A stretch of DNA of 64,000 nucleotides. Source: Cercozoa sp. M6MM (taxonomy: Eukaryota; Protista; Endomyxa: Ascetosporea). The position numbers and the translations under genes are program-made. The notes under the pieces were generated by a model, which saw nothing but the letters and a program-made list of their open reading frames with translations, was not told where the DNA came from and did no database searches. The stretch lies in the NCBI GenBank assembly GCA_040357565.1, contig JBDODJ010000019.1; one strand, given 5' to 3'. Below, piece by piece: positions 40,837 to 54,097 of the stretch (its first letter is position 1; each line of letters opens with the position of its first letter).

Positions 40837-42298
40837 AAGATAATATTCAAGATCTCTGGTGTACTGCAGTTGAGCCCCATCGTCGGAACTTTCACGTGCC
40901 CAATCTTAGTTGCATAAGTGTGTCTATATCGAAGCGACTGGACCTGCCTTGCGTGTACAGTTACAACCACACTCGGTGCTCGGTTTCTCCACTGGCAGCA
41001 GCGCTGTCGCTGCCGTTCTTTGAGCGGGCAACAGGCTTCGGTCACCAGGTCAACACGAGTTTCCGCGCGGCTGTAGGAACTTCTTTATCCTGTGACTTTT
41101 TTAACTAGCTAACAGTGCTTTGGAGCAGTGGTCGCGCGCACTGGCGCAGGTGCTGATCGAAGCTGGTGCACCTGTGAGTGACGCACGTGCCTTTGTGTGC
41201 ATCACGGGACACTCTGACTTCTTAAACAAGGTGAACATACACACCTGTTGTTGGAGACTATCGTGTGTGACTATCGTGTGTGACTATCGTGTGTGACCAT
41301 AGGATGCCTCCAAGACTGCCAGCAAGGAGATGCAGCAGTTCGCTACGATTGAGTGTATTCCAGTTAGTCTGTGTTATCCCAACTGACAAGTTTAGACTTG
41401 TGCTGCAGGTGTCAGTGGCGTTGAAGCACCCAACGGCGGTTTGTTCGGACGTCCTGTACGACAACCTTTTCTTGCAACCTTATCTTGCAACCTTATCTTG
41501 CAACCTTTGTGTCTGTTGACGCTCTTTACATTTCTGTTCGTAGGCGCCGTTGATTCCGGAAGGTCGAATCAATGAGGATGCAGTCTCGTCCGTGTACCTG
41601 ATCATCAACCGACATGGTTTTGTTGTTGTGTGTATGTGTGTGTAGCATGCTCTTGCTGGCCAATGGTTTCGACCCGCGCTGTCTGGAGGACGAGAGTGTC
41701 GTCGGTTGCCACGAGGAGGTAGTGTCGTACATGTCACAAAAGACAGGGAGTCTACCCTTGTACCTTGCATGTCTGTGTGGGTGTAGACGCCGGTGGTGCA
41801 GATGCCTGTCGTTGTGCAAACACTAGAGAGTTGCACTGAAGTCCTGCGGGCCCATGTCACCAACCTGGCGCGTCAGCTCTCCAGCTGTGTCATGTTCGCA
41901 CGTGCGCCTCAGGAGCTGCAGGCCGTCATTGTCGGGTGCAAACAAACCCTTGAGACACCTTGCTGTTTATTTGTTGTTGTATTTGTGTGTTGCCATGTTT
42001 CTCTTTAGGTACCTGGTGGAGAACAAGGCTCTGCAGGTTGACGAACGATTCGTTTTTGGCGAATTGGCGCGTGTTGGACGTCCTGCGCGCATCCAGGCTA
42101 CGATGAAACTCATGCGACGCACGCTTGCGGAATCTGACCTGTACGAGTCCTTTTCACTTCTGACTGGTCAATACTTTTGACCTTCCTCGTTTTATTTAAT
42201 GTTGCAGCACCCTGGAAGAGATGAAGCACCGTCTCAACCAGCTGCTGTCGATGGCCGAGAATGAAATTTCGGCCTTGGTTGACGAAACCCTTTTTTGA
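34361..42298 (+). CDS. Large multi-exon protein with degenerate ankyrin-like repeats (could be more than one gene)
   Basis: Exons read GRTLLQAV..AECLQELL, ILHREGARFRAKNAAGVPAI, LVTLLLRNGAQLD, AQVLIEAGAP, MLLLANGFDP. Ends ...ALVDETLF-TGA. Introns are heavily (TA)n-expanded. Confidence 0.55.
38860..39210. repeat. (TA)n-rich intronic low-complexity tract
   Basis: Seen directly. Similar tracts at ~36250-36605, 37930-38130, 40190-40440 and 40730-40840. Confidence 0.9.
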
Positions 42299-42517
42299 CT
42301 GAGCCAGTAATGCGATGCGGCGCGATGTGTGCGTTTCAATTGACGACTGGCGTGTCGTGTGCCGTTTACTGGAGTGTTGCTAGTCGTAGTGTGGCGTACG
42401 TAGCTCAGCCCTCTTCGCGTCGCCTGCCATGCCTGCGCGTCGACTTTTTACGTTGTTTCGATGAGTGTTGGTTTCTTTGCGTTGGGTGATAGCATAATCA
42501 AGGTGAGCTATGTGACA

Positions 42518-45500
42518 TCACGATAGCCTGAGTCTATTCGTTTTGAAACTACACCAGCACCTGCAGTACGCCTGGTCCTGCAAAGATAACACATGCATGC
42601 AGAATTACATTCAAGAAGTCGAAAGACAAGAGTGAATGGTACCTGCAGAGTGAAACTTTTTGTGGCGCCGTCGTCCGCCGCGCCTTTGCCTCCTCTTTTT
42701 CGTTTCCTACAAGATACGACAGTATCTAGCGATACCACAAAAGAAGAGGTATGTCGGTGTGTTCATGTTTGCCTGTGGGGGTGAAAGTGGCGGTTGTGGC
42801 GGCAGTTTTGGCGACAACTTTCGCAGCTTTGGCAAAGGCGGAAAGTCCTCAGTCTTGCTAGTGTCTGCTGTGCTTGTCTTTGCTTTCGGTTGACTTGTTT
42901 TCGCATCTTCAGTCTTTGCTGCGACAGCTTCGTCGCGGGTTGAGTCGGCGTTCTTCTCTTCTTGAACAGTGACGTCCATCACGGACATTGGTGCCTGACA
43001 CACAAACACAACGGTGCCAGCAACAATAGTAAAGACTCTCAAAATGGTACCTTGTCAAATAGCAGAAACTTTTGACCGTTTGGTGCTTCCGCAAGAGCTA
43101 ACACACGGGCTTCTCCCTGTGTCGGTGCACACAGAGTAAACACAAGAGAAACACAGGAGAAACATGGGTGCGTACCAGAGGCAGAAGTGCAAAGTCGCTC
43201 AAGCGCTGCAGAGTGCCTTCTTCTACCTCCTGGAGAATGCGAACATCCTCAGTGCTTGTGGAGAGTGGTGTTGACGTTGTCGAAGTCTGTGTCTCAATCT
43301 CTGTCGCTCGTTCCGTGTCCACTTGCGAGCTGAGTATCACATCCCCAGCGCAATTAAACAGTGTAGTTTAACAGTGTAGTTTAACAGTGTAGTTCAACAA
43401 GAGAGCATGAAAGAAAGTGTACGCAATGTCAGGCGCACGGGAACGCACGTGCAGCTGGTGCATGACCGCGAGTGTCAGCACAAGTGCCACGAGGAGGGTC
43501 AACACGAGTGCCCACAACATGCGCATCTCACGTCGCACGCGATCGCTCATGTAACCGTCTGGATCGCCGTGGAGCGCGCCGTGGTACTCTGCATCGCGAT
43601 CAGATCGACGGTACTCGCGACCGTAGTCACCGTCAGTATTGTAAAAAGTCCTTCCATCGCGATCGCTCGAGTAACCGTCCGTGAGAGGAGGAAACGCCAT
43701 TGACAAACGCATGCGCCACAGTGCTTCCACGCGCTTGGACACGCTGTTTCACACAAGCGACTCCACACAAAGACAGCGGCCAACTGACCAAAGAAAAGCG
43801 TACACGCCAAGCTGCTTCGCAAGTGTCGCAAGCTGCTGCTGCGTGGCCTGCAACAACCAAACAAATGCACAGACACGAAGAAACAGTCAACGCAGAAATA
43901 CCTTGCGCGAAGCGACAAAGCGCGCGTTCAAAGCTTCCACAAACGCGTTGGCAACGTCTTGCTCCTGTGCATGATACAAAGCACACAAAACATGAAACAA
44001 AGCACCACAAACGTCAGATGAAGAAGCGTGTACCAACTCAACTCGGTGCAATCGTTCCGTCAAAGCAGCGAAAATGTGTTTTTTCTCACTTTTCTCGCTT
44101 TTTTCGTCTTCTGGAAACGAAAAGAAAACTCAAGAAGAAGTAGAAAAAGTTGTAAAAACCGATTACCGTCCTCAACAGTTTTATCACGATCGCGAGTATC
44201 GTCAGTGATATCAACGACAGGCCGATCAAGAGCACCAACACCGTCGGTGTCCTGATTAAACTCATGATCCACGAGTTGTTCGGTGTCACTGGCACTGTCA
44301 TTGTAAACATTGAAGTCTTCACTCTCGTTTCTGTTTGAAAGCAAGTCGGTTTTCGAGCTTTCCGCGATCGCTTTGCTGTGAAAAAGCAACGGTTGTATTT
44401 TCTCACAACGAAACTAGAAGGTCTAGAATGGAACAAATAAAACCGACATGGAAGCAGCATCAGGCAACTCGGGCAAGCAGTCGACACAATCAACTTGAAC
44501 AACGTCTTTGGCACTACTGGCACGCACTTGAGCAGTTGCTTCAGCGTGCGCCGCCTTTCGCAGTGCATCCGTCGCTTTCTATTGCAAAAAACACATTTCA
44601 AAGATCGAACAAAGTACAAATGGGTCCTTCACCTCATGCTCACGCGCATGCTGTCGAAAAGTCTCATGAACGACTTGCAAAACAGGAGTGCCATAGACGC
44701 CCAGTTGAGTCAAAGTGCACACTGACTCATCACCGCGAATCGCCTCGACCGAAACCAACAGGTATCGAACCCACGTGTGCTCCGATGTGTTCACCTGCGA
44801 AACTCATCCGAAAGTTGAACTCAAACAGACGCAAGGTACCCTAAATCGTCTCACACCGCGTTCAGGATCACTGGCTCGCTCGCCCAGCACACCTGCAAAA
44901 TTAGTTATTTTGTATCTTGTCCGCGCGGAAGAAAAGCAAACCCAATAGTTTCCAGTCGCCAAACTGCGCCGGAACAGGCATGTCTAAAACGCGTTTCAGT
45001 TCTTCGCTTTCTTTTCTCTCGCTTTTGGTTTCCTAAAAAAGAAATAAATTCTGAACGACCAAAAAACGAATGATTCAAAAACCTGATATGCGAGCAATTC
45101 ATCGACCAGGGAAGAGTCCAAGGGCGGCGTGAACAACGGGCCAGGTGGCGTAATCTCGGCAGGTGCAGTTGCGCTGCCAAAGACTCTCACCACGCCTAAA
45201 AGTTATCAAAGCATACCACCTGAGGAAGGTTAAATAAAGCAGTAAAATGTGAAAGCAACCTGCACGAGCCGCGTAATGTTCCAGGTGCGTCAGAGTGAGC
45301 GATGACACAACCACGTCTTCTGACAGTTGCACCACGAACCACCAGGGTGAGGCACATTCTTGTCTCTATAAATAAGTGTGCTTGTTTAAATGATCGTCAA
45401 AATTAGAACGAGAACATACCATGTACTTGTCGCCATTGTCGGACAGAATCGCACCTAGGAAAAGTAGAATGATTGCAAGTTCAGTTGTAAAAATAAGCGA

Positions 45501-46347
45501 TACCAGCTTTCTGAACGCCTTCGCTTTTTCGCAAAACAGCAGCGCCTGCGTCATGTGACGCAAAATTAAACGTCTTTTCCTCTGTGGGAACAATCCGTAG
45601 AAATGAGCCAAGGTCGAAAAAGAAAACCAAACCTTTGAATTCGCTCGAGAGGGTTAAAAGCGAACGAAGCGTTTTGATTTTTTTCTCACTCTCGCCAGTT
45701 TTTTGCTCTTTGACTGTTTTTGCTGGTTTGGTTGCGTTCGGTGCACTTGTTTCTTCAGCCTCCTCGTCCTCATCGCTGTAAAAACAAGGTCGACAATCAG
45801 GGATAGAAAACAGTCATAACCGACCCGTTGTTTGAGTCGTCATCGGTTAGTTTCAGCACGCGTTCGCGAAATTCTGCCAAAGATACTTCGTCGCTCTGAA
45901 AACACCCAAACTTACTTTCATTTGCTTTCTTGTCACAAATAGAAAAGCAAAAGCATACCGAGCTTTGGTTTTTAGTTTCGGCATGTTCTGCATCAAGAAC
46001 AACCGGCGCTTGCAACGTGGCTAAAACGCAAAATCGCCTTTAATCCATAGAAGAACAGAAAGCGCAAAAGTGGAGCTACACTGTGCACGTTGCTCGCAGA
46101 AAGCATCACAGAATTCCGTGACTGCATTGTCTCGGTAGACACCGTCGATGTAGCCATCCGTAACCACGGTCAGCACTGCCCGAGGCGAACTGTCGGCGCT
46201 GTCCAAGTCGAGCGTGTCCTCCTCGCCAAGAGATACTTCAAAGTCAACGTCACCGTCACTCTGACTGACAGTGGCGCCACCGTCGCACGTGACACCCACA
46301 ATGACGTGGAACAGCACAAAACAGGCTAATAATCGCCTCAAAATCAT
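42518..46347 (-). CDS. Hypothetical type-I membrane protein (signal peptide, one late TM helix)
   Basis: MILRRLLACFVLFHVIVGVTC signal peptide; MLWALVLTLLVALVLTLAVM TM helix; GT-AG linked exons. Family not recognised. Confidence 0.55.
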
Positions 46348-46618
46348 TTTCAATCCAAATTAAACATTTCTTCGTAAACTAGGGCGTACTAGACGTGCTG
46401 TACGAGCGTTTTAGAATTATTTTAATTTCACCGAATTGTAGCCACCAAATAGCTCACACCACGTTGTTGTGTCAGCACGTGCCTGGTGTTGTGCTTAAAG
46501 TGTGCGTTCTTGGTTCTAGCGCGGCGCTGAAACAGGGAAAGTTGGCGCGTATTTGTGTTTTGAAAAATCTTGCGGGTACCGAGACAAGACAAGCAGCAGC
46601 AGCAGCACACAGGCCACG

Positions 46619-47947
46619 ATGAGCAGCCCGGAGGAGCGTCAATTTGCGCCCAAGGTCCGGAAGGACAAGGACAAGAAGAAGCGCAAGAAGAAGGTAGCGT
46701 TTATTGAAACTAAGCGGAGGCTTTGCCAGGCAATGATCGGTGTGTGCGTTTCTCCAGGAGAAGAAGCAAGAGACCATCGCACAGTTGCAAGACCAGCCGA
46801 AGCGCCGTAAGTCGCGTGTGAAGAAGACCAAGTGAGCTTGCCTTTGTTTTCTGCTTCATCTAGGTGTCGAATTTCGCGTTTTTGTTTAGGGAGTTGCGGC
46901 GCAAGCCGAGACTGTCATCATCCGATGATGTTGAGGTCGCTTTCCAGGCACAGGTATTTCGAGTCCAATTCTAGCATTGTACTTTCAGTATGTTACACAA
47001 CACTAGGGCGGCCCCAACAAGCGCGACAGACAGCGCAACCGTCTGTCCAGTGCCATTCCGGACAGCATGGACGGCAAGTCTGTCCCCATGGACATTGATG
47101 ACGACGGTAAGCAGCCGCGCAAGGCCTCGCGACGCGTCCAGCAGAGCACTGTGATCTACGATGAGAACGACAGTTCTGACGACGAGGACATGCTGCCTGC
47201 CGATGCCTACGCCTCCTACGTGCCCATCGAAATGACCTCGAAACAAAAGCGTACACCCCATTTTTTCTTGTGTTGAGTTTCTTCCCTTGTATTTTTCTAC
47301 TCTACTGCAGCGCCAGAATTGGCCCGAAAAACGCCAACTAGTGACCCAGTCGAGGCGCAGGACCTGCACGAGTTCCTTCAAACTGCTGCCGAGTCGCTTG
47401 GTGATCAGACGCAGTCGCCGCTCCTGTATTTTTTGCGCTATGCACGTCACCCTGACGTGCCGCCAAAAATGAGTTTTGTGTGTTTTTGCTCAACAGGTGG
47501 CTGCAGCTGCCGCCGAACCTCCCGATTCCGGAATCAAGTGAGTCGCGTGTCGCTGATCAAGAGGAACAGCAGGAGAAGCAGGTTTGCTTTCGTTTTTTAA
47601 CGTTTCCTGGTTTTGTACGCTATTTGGTCCAGGATGCCGAACCAGCCAAGAAATTGTGGCCAATGCCGCGTGCTAAGATGGCACCGCGTGACTCGTCAGT
47701 GCACCACATGGAAGGCTCACAGATCGGCACCATTGTGCTCAGGAGGAGCGGTCGCATGACACTCAACATGGGCAAGTTCGAGCTCGATCTGACGCCTTCC
47801 GTTCCGTCGACGGCGCACGAGGAGGTGCTCGCTGTCGATCTCGAACAGGCCAAGTTGCTCCGTCTCGGAAACGTCACGCAGCGTGCCGTGGCCTCCTACA
47901 ACGTCGCGCAGCTCCTTGAGATTGAGGGTGGCCTCGATCTGCTCTAA
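46619..47947 (+). CDS. POLR3D: RNA polymerase III subunit RPC4 (C53)
   Basis: WLQLPPNLP and GSQIGTIVLRRSGRMTLNMGKFELD..LGNVTQRAV match the Rpc4 domain. Lys-rich N-terminus. Confidence 0.85.
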
Positions 47948-48134
47948 CATCATCATGCGCCGCACAGGCACCACGCCATCGCTGAGACGAGAAGCCGAGC
48001 GCTAGCAAACGTGTATATCGAGACGGATGGCCCGCAGTTTCCGTTTGATCAGCTGACTAAGTGTAACGTAGTGACTTCCTTGGCGAGCAGGGATGTTAAC
48101 TGGAGCCGCGGACAGCTAAATTCAGTTCCGTAGT

Positions 48135-49276
48135 TTAGTAGTTGACATTGTAGCCAGGGCGACGCTCAGAGCGGCGTTGCTCGCGGCGCTCCCAGACTTC
48201 GGACCGTCTTTGAGCGTTGCTGCGACGCTCAGCAGCACGCGGACCGAGACTACTGATTTCCGTGGACTCACGGCGTCGTTGTTCCTTGCGTCGCTCAAGT
48301 GCACCCTGCAGTTCCGACGTCGCGACACCTTTTTCGCCACGCGAGGCGCGTTCGTCGTGCCGCTCGAGTTGCTTGGTGTGCTGCTCGGCGTGCAGGCGTC
48401 GTCGTTCGCGAGAGTTGAGGCGTGGCGAGTGGTGCGAGTGACGCTGTGACAGAAACACCTTGTTCTGTAGGCTGGAGCTCGTTAGCTGTGTAGTACCTCG
48501 CCACGTTCCGGACTGCGACTTGGCGAACGACGGCGCTCGCGAGTGGGAGTAGCCACTGCATGCGGCGATGCCGAGCGAGAGGCACGCGAGCCACGGCGGC
48601 CTGGGCTTCCGCGCGAGACTACAGGCATCTGCAGCTTGCTCAGTTCGCGTCGGAGTTCTTTGTTCTCGTCGCGAAGCAGTCGCATCTCCTCCTCAATGTC
48701 ATCGAACACGCGTTTAAGACGCGTCTCGATGTCGTGTACTTGTTCTTCCATCGTTTTGCGCAACTGTTTCAGTGTCATTGCGGGTTGCTGCTCACACAAA
48801 AAAACAAATATGTGAACAACAGATTTACGAGCTAGTGCTGTAAGTTTATCGCTACGGGCGAACGCGAGCGACCACGCCCTGGGGACCGCGAGCGTGAGCT
48901 TTCGCGAATCGGACGACTCTGCTCCTCGCCCATGCGCTTCTCTGTCCGAAAGTTACTCCAAAAAGTAGAGGCTGGGGGAGCTCTGGAGACTTGAGTTGGT
49001 CGAAGTCGACCTCAAAGAAAATTAAAACTCGCCAAACTCGACGTGAAAGACCGAAGAATTGAAGCACCCCCTGCAGTTGGCAGGCTTGCCGTTTTTGCCA
49101 GTGACGAAGTCGCCAGCACGTGCAAACGACGCCCAGCTCGGCTTTGACTTGCACACTCTGAGCCATAACTCCAGTTAAAAACATTGACCTCCACCGTCCC
49201 GTGTGAGTGCATAAGAATGCTAAAGACAAGAACCCAGTTGGGGTCAATCTTCACTTTGCTTTTTCAAACTGACATC
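48135..49276 (-). CDS. Hypothetical coiled-coil / RS-rich protein (start uncertain)
   Basis: MEEQVHDIETRLKRVFDDIEEEMRLLRDENKELRRELSKL coiled coil followed by RSPSRSPER. Confidence 0.5.
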
Positions 49277-49471
49277 TCGTCTAATTGACGACTCACTTCC
49301 CTTAATTCGATTTAGTTCTTTTCGTGTAACTGACAAACGCCAGGATCTGAACAAGCGCAAGTTCGGTTACTCGAATACGATACGTTCGACCTTCGTTTCG
49401 TTTCAATTCTAAATTTTAACCTGCTGGCGATCCTTTCAGTAGAAATTATCGGGGAGGTTTACGTGACGTGG

Positions 49472-50659
49472 TTACTTGTCTTTCTTCTTGAGCGCGAGCT
49501 GCACGGCTACTCTGAGTTGCGGCATGTTGCGCGCGTAGTCCTCCTGCACGCTCCTGCCGTCGCTGTCCTTGAGTGCCACATCGGCACCGTGCTATCACAG
49601 AGAGACATGCGAGACACCAAGAGGCAGGAGTAATGCGCGTACCTGCACGAGAAGCACGGCGACCTCCTCGTGTCCACTGTCGGCAGCGATGTGCAGCGCC
49701 GTGTCGCCATCCGTCGTCAGCACGTCCACGTCGGCCGATGCCTCCAGCAGTGCGCGCACGCAGTCTACATCGCCAGCGTGAGCCGCACAGAACAAGGGAG
49801 TCTCGCCGTCGCTGTTCTGCATCTGCACACCCAACTCAACTCAACTCAACCCACTCAAAGCAGCCCAACCCAACCAGCAACCCAACCCAACCAGCAACCC
49901 AACCCAACCAGCAACCCAACTCAAATCAACTCAACCCAACTCAAAGCAGCCCAACCCAACTCAAAGCAACACACAACTCAACGAAAGTCAAGTTAAGTCA
50001 ATCAAGTCAAGCCAAGCCAGGTCAAGTCAAGTCAAGTCAAGTCAAGTCAAGTCAAGTCAAGAAAACTAAAACTCAACTTAAAGCCAGTCAAGTCAAGTAA
50101 ACTAAAAACTCAAAGCAAAAAAAAAAAAAACACAACGCACGTTGACATTGGCGCCGTTGGCCACGAGCCACTGCACTACGTGCGTCTGCGCCTCCACGGC
50201 AGCCCAGTGCAGCGGCGTCCATTCGTCGCTATCGATCACATTGACCTGCCCACAGCATTTTCGTCCAACCCTTCTACCGTGCGTCACTGCAGGAAACACA
50301 GAAATGCTGCAGCACCTCGAGATCGCGCGGAATCATCTCCTGCACGGCTGGCAGCTCGCCTGACGCTGCCGCCTGCATCAGAAAGTCCACCTGTAGTGAC
50401 CGCAACTCGCTGATCTGCGTCCCTCTCGTCTGCAGTTCCTCGCTCGCTCTGGCTTCAAACTCCTCCACACTGAGCGCACTGTCGATCGGCCTCTGCACAT
50501 CCAAACACAACATGAAAGCACCCACAAAAAGAAATATGTGGTCATCGGTACGGCATCTGTGATGTCGACCTCGTCGTCCTCCATGCTCTCCTCAATCAGA
50601 GCCAAGCGTGTGAACACATCACGCTGCGGTTGCCCAGGCACCTCCTCGGGCGCCGACAT
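49472..50659 (-). CDS. Ankyrin-repeat protein
   Basis: WTPLHWAA..LVANGANVN, GETPLFCAA..LLEASADVD, GDTALHIAA..HGADV. Stop TAA after LKKKDK. Confidence 0.9.
49830..50100. repeat. Intronic pentamer satellite (CAACC/CAACT, then AAGTC)
   Basis: Degenerate tandem 5-mers seen directly within an intron of the ankyrin gene. Confidence 0.9.
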
Positions 50660-50889
50660 GCTTCACTGAGATCAGAAAAAATAGTTTTTCGCCACAGCGC
50701 TTGATATCGGCTTGCTGCTACGCGTGCGCCGTCAATTATGTATGAGCACACCTCGTCGTTCGTGAGCGCGGCCCCTGGCGGAAGAACAGGAACGCTGGTA
50801 CAGATTTCATTAATTTTTTAAATATCAATTCAGGCGGCTGACGGTTTTGTTTTTCCATTTTATTGTGGACCAGGTGGGAATAAAAACCA

Positions 50890-52955
50890 TCAGTCTTTCG
50901 AGCTAGGCACATTCGGGCACGAACACGCAGCAGGCTTGAGCACCTCGAACGCCGAAATTGCAGAACACGACATGAGTTGCTCGACTGCCTGCTGGAGGAT
51001 GCTGTCTTCGCCGTGGTTTTGTGGATCCGTGAACCCCAGTTTGCGGCACAAAAGAGCGTCATTGAGCAGCGCGACCATCTGTACACACGACAGAAAATGG
51101 TCAGGTTGCAACGTCAGTGAGGGTGAAAACTGAGAAATTTAAGCTGACCTGACGGCAGACTTTCCTCGGACGCGACTTTCGTGTCGCCTTTTGCAGCTGA
51201 TGGATCGTGTTGATGTTGCGGACCTGCGTTTTACAAAAAACTTACTGTACAGTTATAGTATACTGAAGATGTACGAAGCGATGTTCGAGAACTGCCGGGC
51301 GTCTGGCTTTGCGCGACTGTGGATCCGCGAAGAGCTGCTGAGGGTTGTGGCAGGACCTTCGAAAAGGAAGTAAAATAGATTTTCCGTTATGTTTATACGT
51401 ACCCTCCAACGTAGAGACTTTCCAAGGTCGAGGGCCCCCCAATCGACTTCAAAATAGACATGAACAACGAACTGTAGTGCTCGCCGATGCTGTTATTCGC
51501 ATATTGTCGTATCTCTTCTTCTCGCCAGTGCTTTTTGGAAATGAGAGCCGCCAGGCGGCATCTGAATTCACAGTGCAGGCTCATTCAACAGTTAATATTA
51601 TTATCAAACATAGAGAATTACAAGTAGTCTGCGACTGAAGCAGAGTGGTGTAGCAAGCGCACACTATGAGAATTCCGATCCAACACATAATCCAGACCAC
51701 CTGCTGCAATCTGCCGAGTTCACAAACCGTGTGACAACAATCTCAACTGAACGAAATGCAAGCATACTGCCAAAGATTTGTAAGCCACAGGAGCTGTCAC
51801 TTCGAACACCAAACGTGCAGCTCGACGGTAAACCTCAAGCATTGCGCGAGTTGCGTTGCCGTTCGCCCGTTGCATAGCGTGTCTGAGAGAAACAAACAAT
51901 CGGAGAAATGCACACAGTAGTTGGATTTCTGTACCGCACATACGAGTACCTGGCAAGGTCTTGTCGTTCCTCCAGGTCAATCAAGTAAAAGCGCCAGTCT
52001 TGCGGCCACACTTGCAGCTCTCTTTGCACAGAAGTACAGATACAGTTAAGTAGTTGCATAGGCAAAACCTAAGTGGGGGGGGGGGGTAGTACCGATTTGC
52101 AGTCCAAATAGGCGTGACTGCAGAGATGTGCGAATTATGCACCTTGTGAGTCCACTCACGGACCCGCGTGGCACGCGTGTACAGTTGTTTCTGCATTAAA
52201 TTGCAAAAGGAAGAGTCTAGAGTGTTTTAGATCTCGAAAGAGCTAGATGCAGTTACCTCTTCATCACTTGAAACGTGAATCTGTGAGCACAGGAATTTCT
52301 CAGGCGCGCCCGTGATTAAAACGTTCGTGGTGACCAAGTCGAGTCTGGCATTAAGTTGACACACCAAACAATGATGCAAGTAACACAACTAAACTCCTAA
52401 AACAGAAACTAAAGTAAAACTGGAAAAAATACAACTGAACGTTGCGCTGGTGAAGCACATGAACAGTGCAAAGGAGTGCTCGAACCGCTTGGCTGTTGTG
52501 CTCGATTGCTTCGTTCATTCCTTTCGTGTCGAAGTGATCATTCACCAGCAGCGGTCCACACTTTGACACTATGCACACAGACGCTAACATTTTCTCCCAG
52601 GTTATGAGTAACTGTATACCTGCCTGATTCATTCGTTGTGTAGACGGGAGAAACTGCATCACCAACACAGGCACGGCAAACGTCTGATTGCTCTTCAGTT
52701 CTCGAGGGCGCAAGGACATTGCTCGATTTAGTGCATTTCCAGAATCCATGAACTCTTTTTGTAGCACACACATAGCAGTACAGTACGAGAGCAACACTCT
52801 TAAGAAAGAAGATCATCGGTGGTACCGAGGACAGCAAATGGCTTGACCAAAGGAACGTAATCGAGCTTGGTTAAAGCACCACACTCGTCGTGTTTTTGAG
52901 CTTGCTCTACGATACTGTAGGCTTGCTGCATGCGTGCTAAATTTACAGTTGAATA

Positions 52956-52998
<43 letters not shown>

Positions 52999-53098
52999 NN
53001 NNNNNNNNNNNNNNNNNNNNNNNNNNNNNNNNNNNNNNNNNNNNNNNNNNNNNNNNNNNNNNNNNNNNNNNNNNNNNNNNNNNNNNNNNNNNNNNNNN

Positions 53099-53137
<39 letters not shown>

Positions 53138-53856
53138 CGTGTGTGTGTGTGTCATTACATTTGATACTCAACAGTTCAATGCACTGTACCTCCTTCAGCC
53201 CGCAAAGCAGTACGCGACTTGCGCATCCACATGTTGTTAACGACTGGTACACGCGGACGAACTGCGGCCTGTACCCAATCAATATGACAACATTAATATC
53301 AATACCGTATCAAGGTACGACTCACCTTGACTGCAACCTCTAGTCCCGAACACAACGTGGTGCGAAAGATGCAGAAGCGAGTTCCGCACATGTGAAGCTG
53401 CATCTCACGTAGACAAGAGAAGTCGGACTGCGAAGAAGTGTCAAACAGCTGTCGCAGGTGCACGTGTTCGATTCTGCGACTGCGAGCAGGCGGCGGAGGC
53501 ATCTCCTGCAGCACCAGTCTTGCAGAAAGTTGCGCAAGCGATACCGATGCAGCAGAGCCGTTGGACAACGCACTTGACGAGCTTGATGGCAACTCCACGC
53601 GAATGGACGCCAGCAGAATCGCCATCATTATGATCGCGAACACGAACACGAGCGGAGCTGGTGCTGCGCCCTTCGTAAGTCGCAATCAGTTTTGCAACAG
53701 CTACTGGTCCGACCAAAAGCAACAAAGCACCACATTCTGCGGACGACGAACTGTCTCGGCAGCAGTTTCAACCGGAGCGGCAAACTGCAATCGGTTATAC
53801 TCTCGAACGGCACCCGGGTTTCCTTCATGCGCTTGCACGACGGCCGGCGCGTGCAT
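50890..53856 (-). CDS. Type-II membrane-anchored atypical protein kinase (PKDCC/POMK-like features)
   Basis: TM PLVFVFAIIMMAILLASI; EVAVK; VLVMQFL; spliced catalytic loop VHVLHQRNVQLLDLVTTNVLI; FYLIDLE at the DFG position. Spans an N gap. Confidence 0.65.
52999..53098. other. Assembly gap (100 N) inside a (GT)n microsatellite
   Basis: N run flanked by GT repeats. Confidence 1.
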
Positions 53857-54097
53857 TCGGCGACTCCTTGCGAATGAGCAGAAGATGAGGCAACTCAAAC
53901 GGTCTTTAGGGCCGCTGTGGAGTGTTTCACTGTGCCAAGAAATCTGGCACGAACACCGAAACTTTGGTGTGCCTCCTCGACGTGCAATCGCCCAGTTTCA
54001 GCACACGAAGCGGCGTCATTGTGCTGCGTGTGCGCGTGCTTGTTGTGTTGTTAGCAGGCTAGAGTAGTCTATTGCCTGATCAAAGCCCTCGGTTGGC

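Noticed and set aside
34361-42298. Neurofibromin/RasGAP or another named large scaffold
   Set aside because: No diagnostic motifs were found; only degenerate ankyrin-like segments are supportable.
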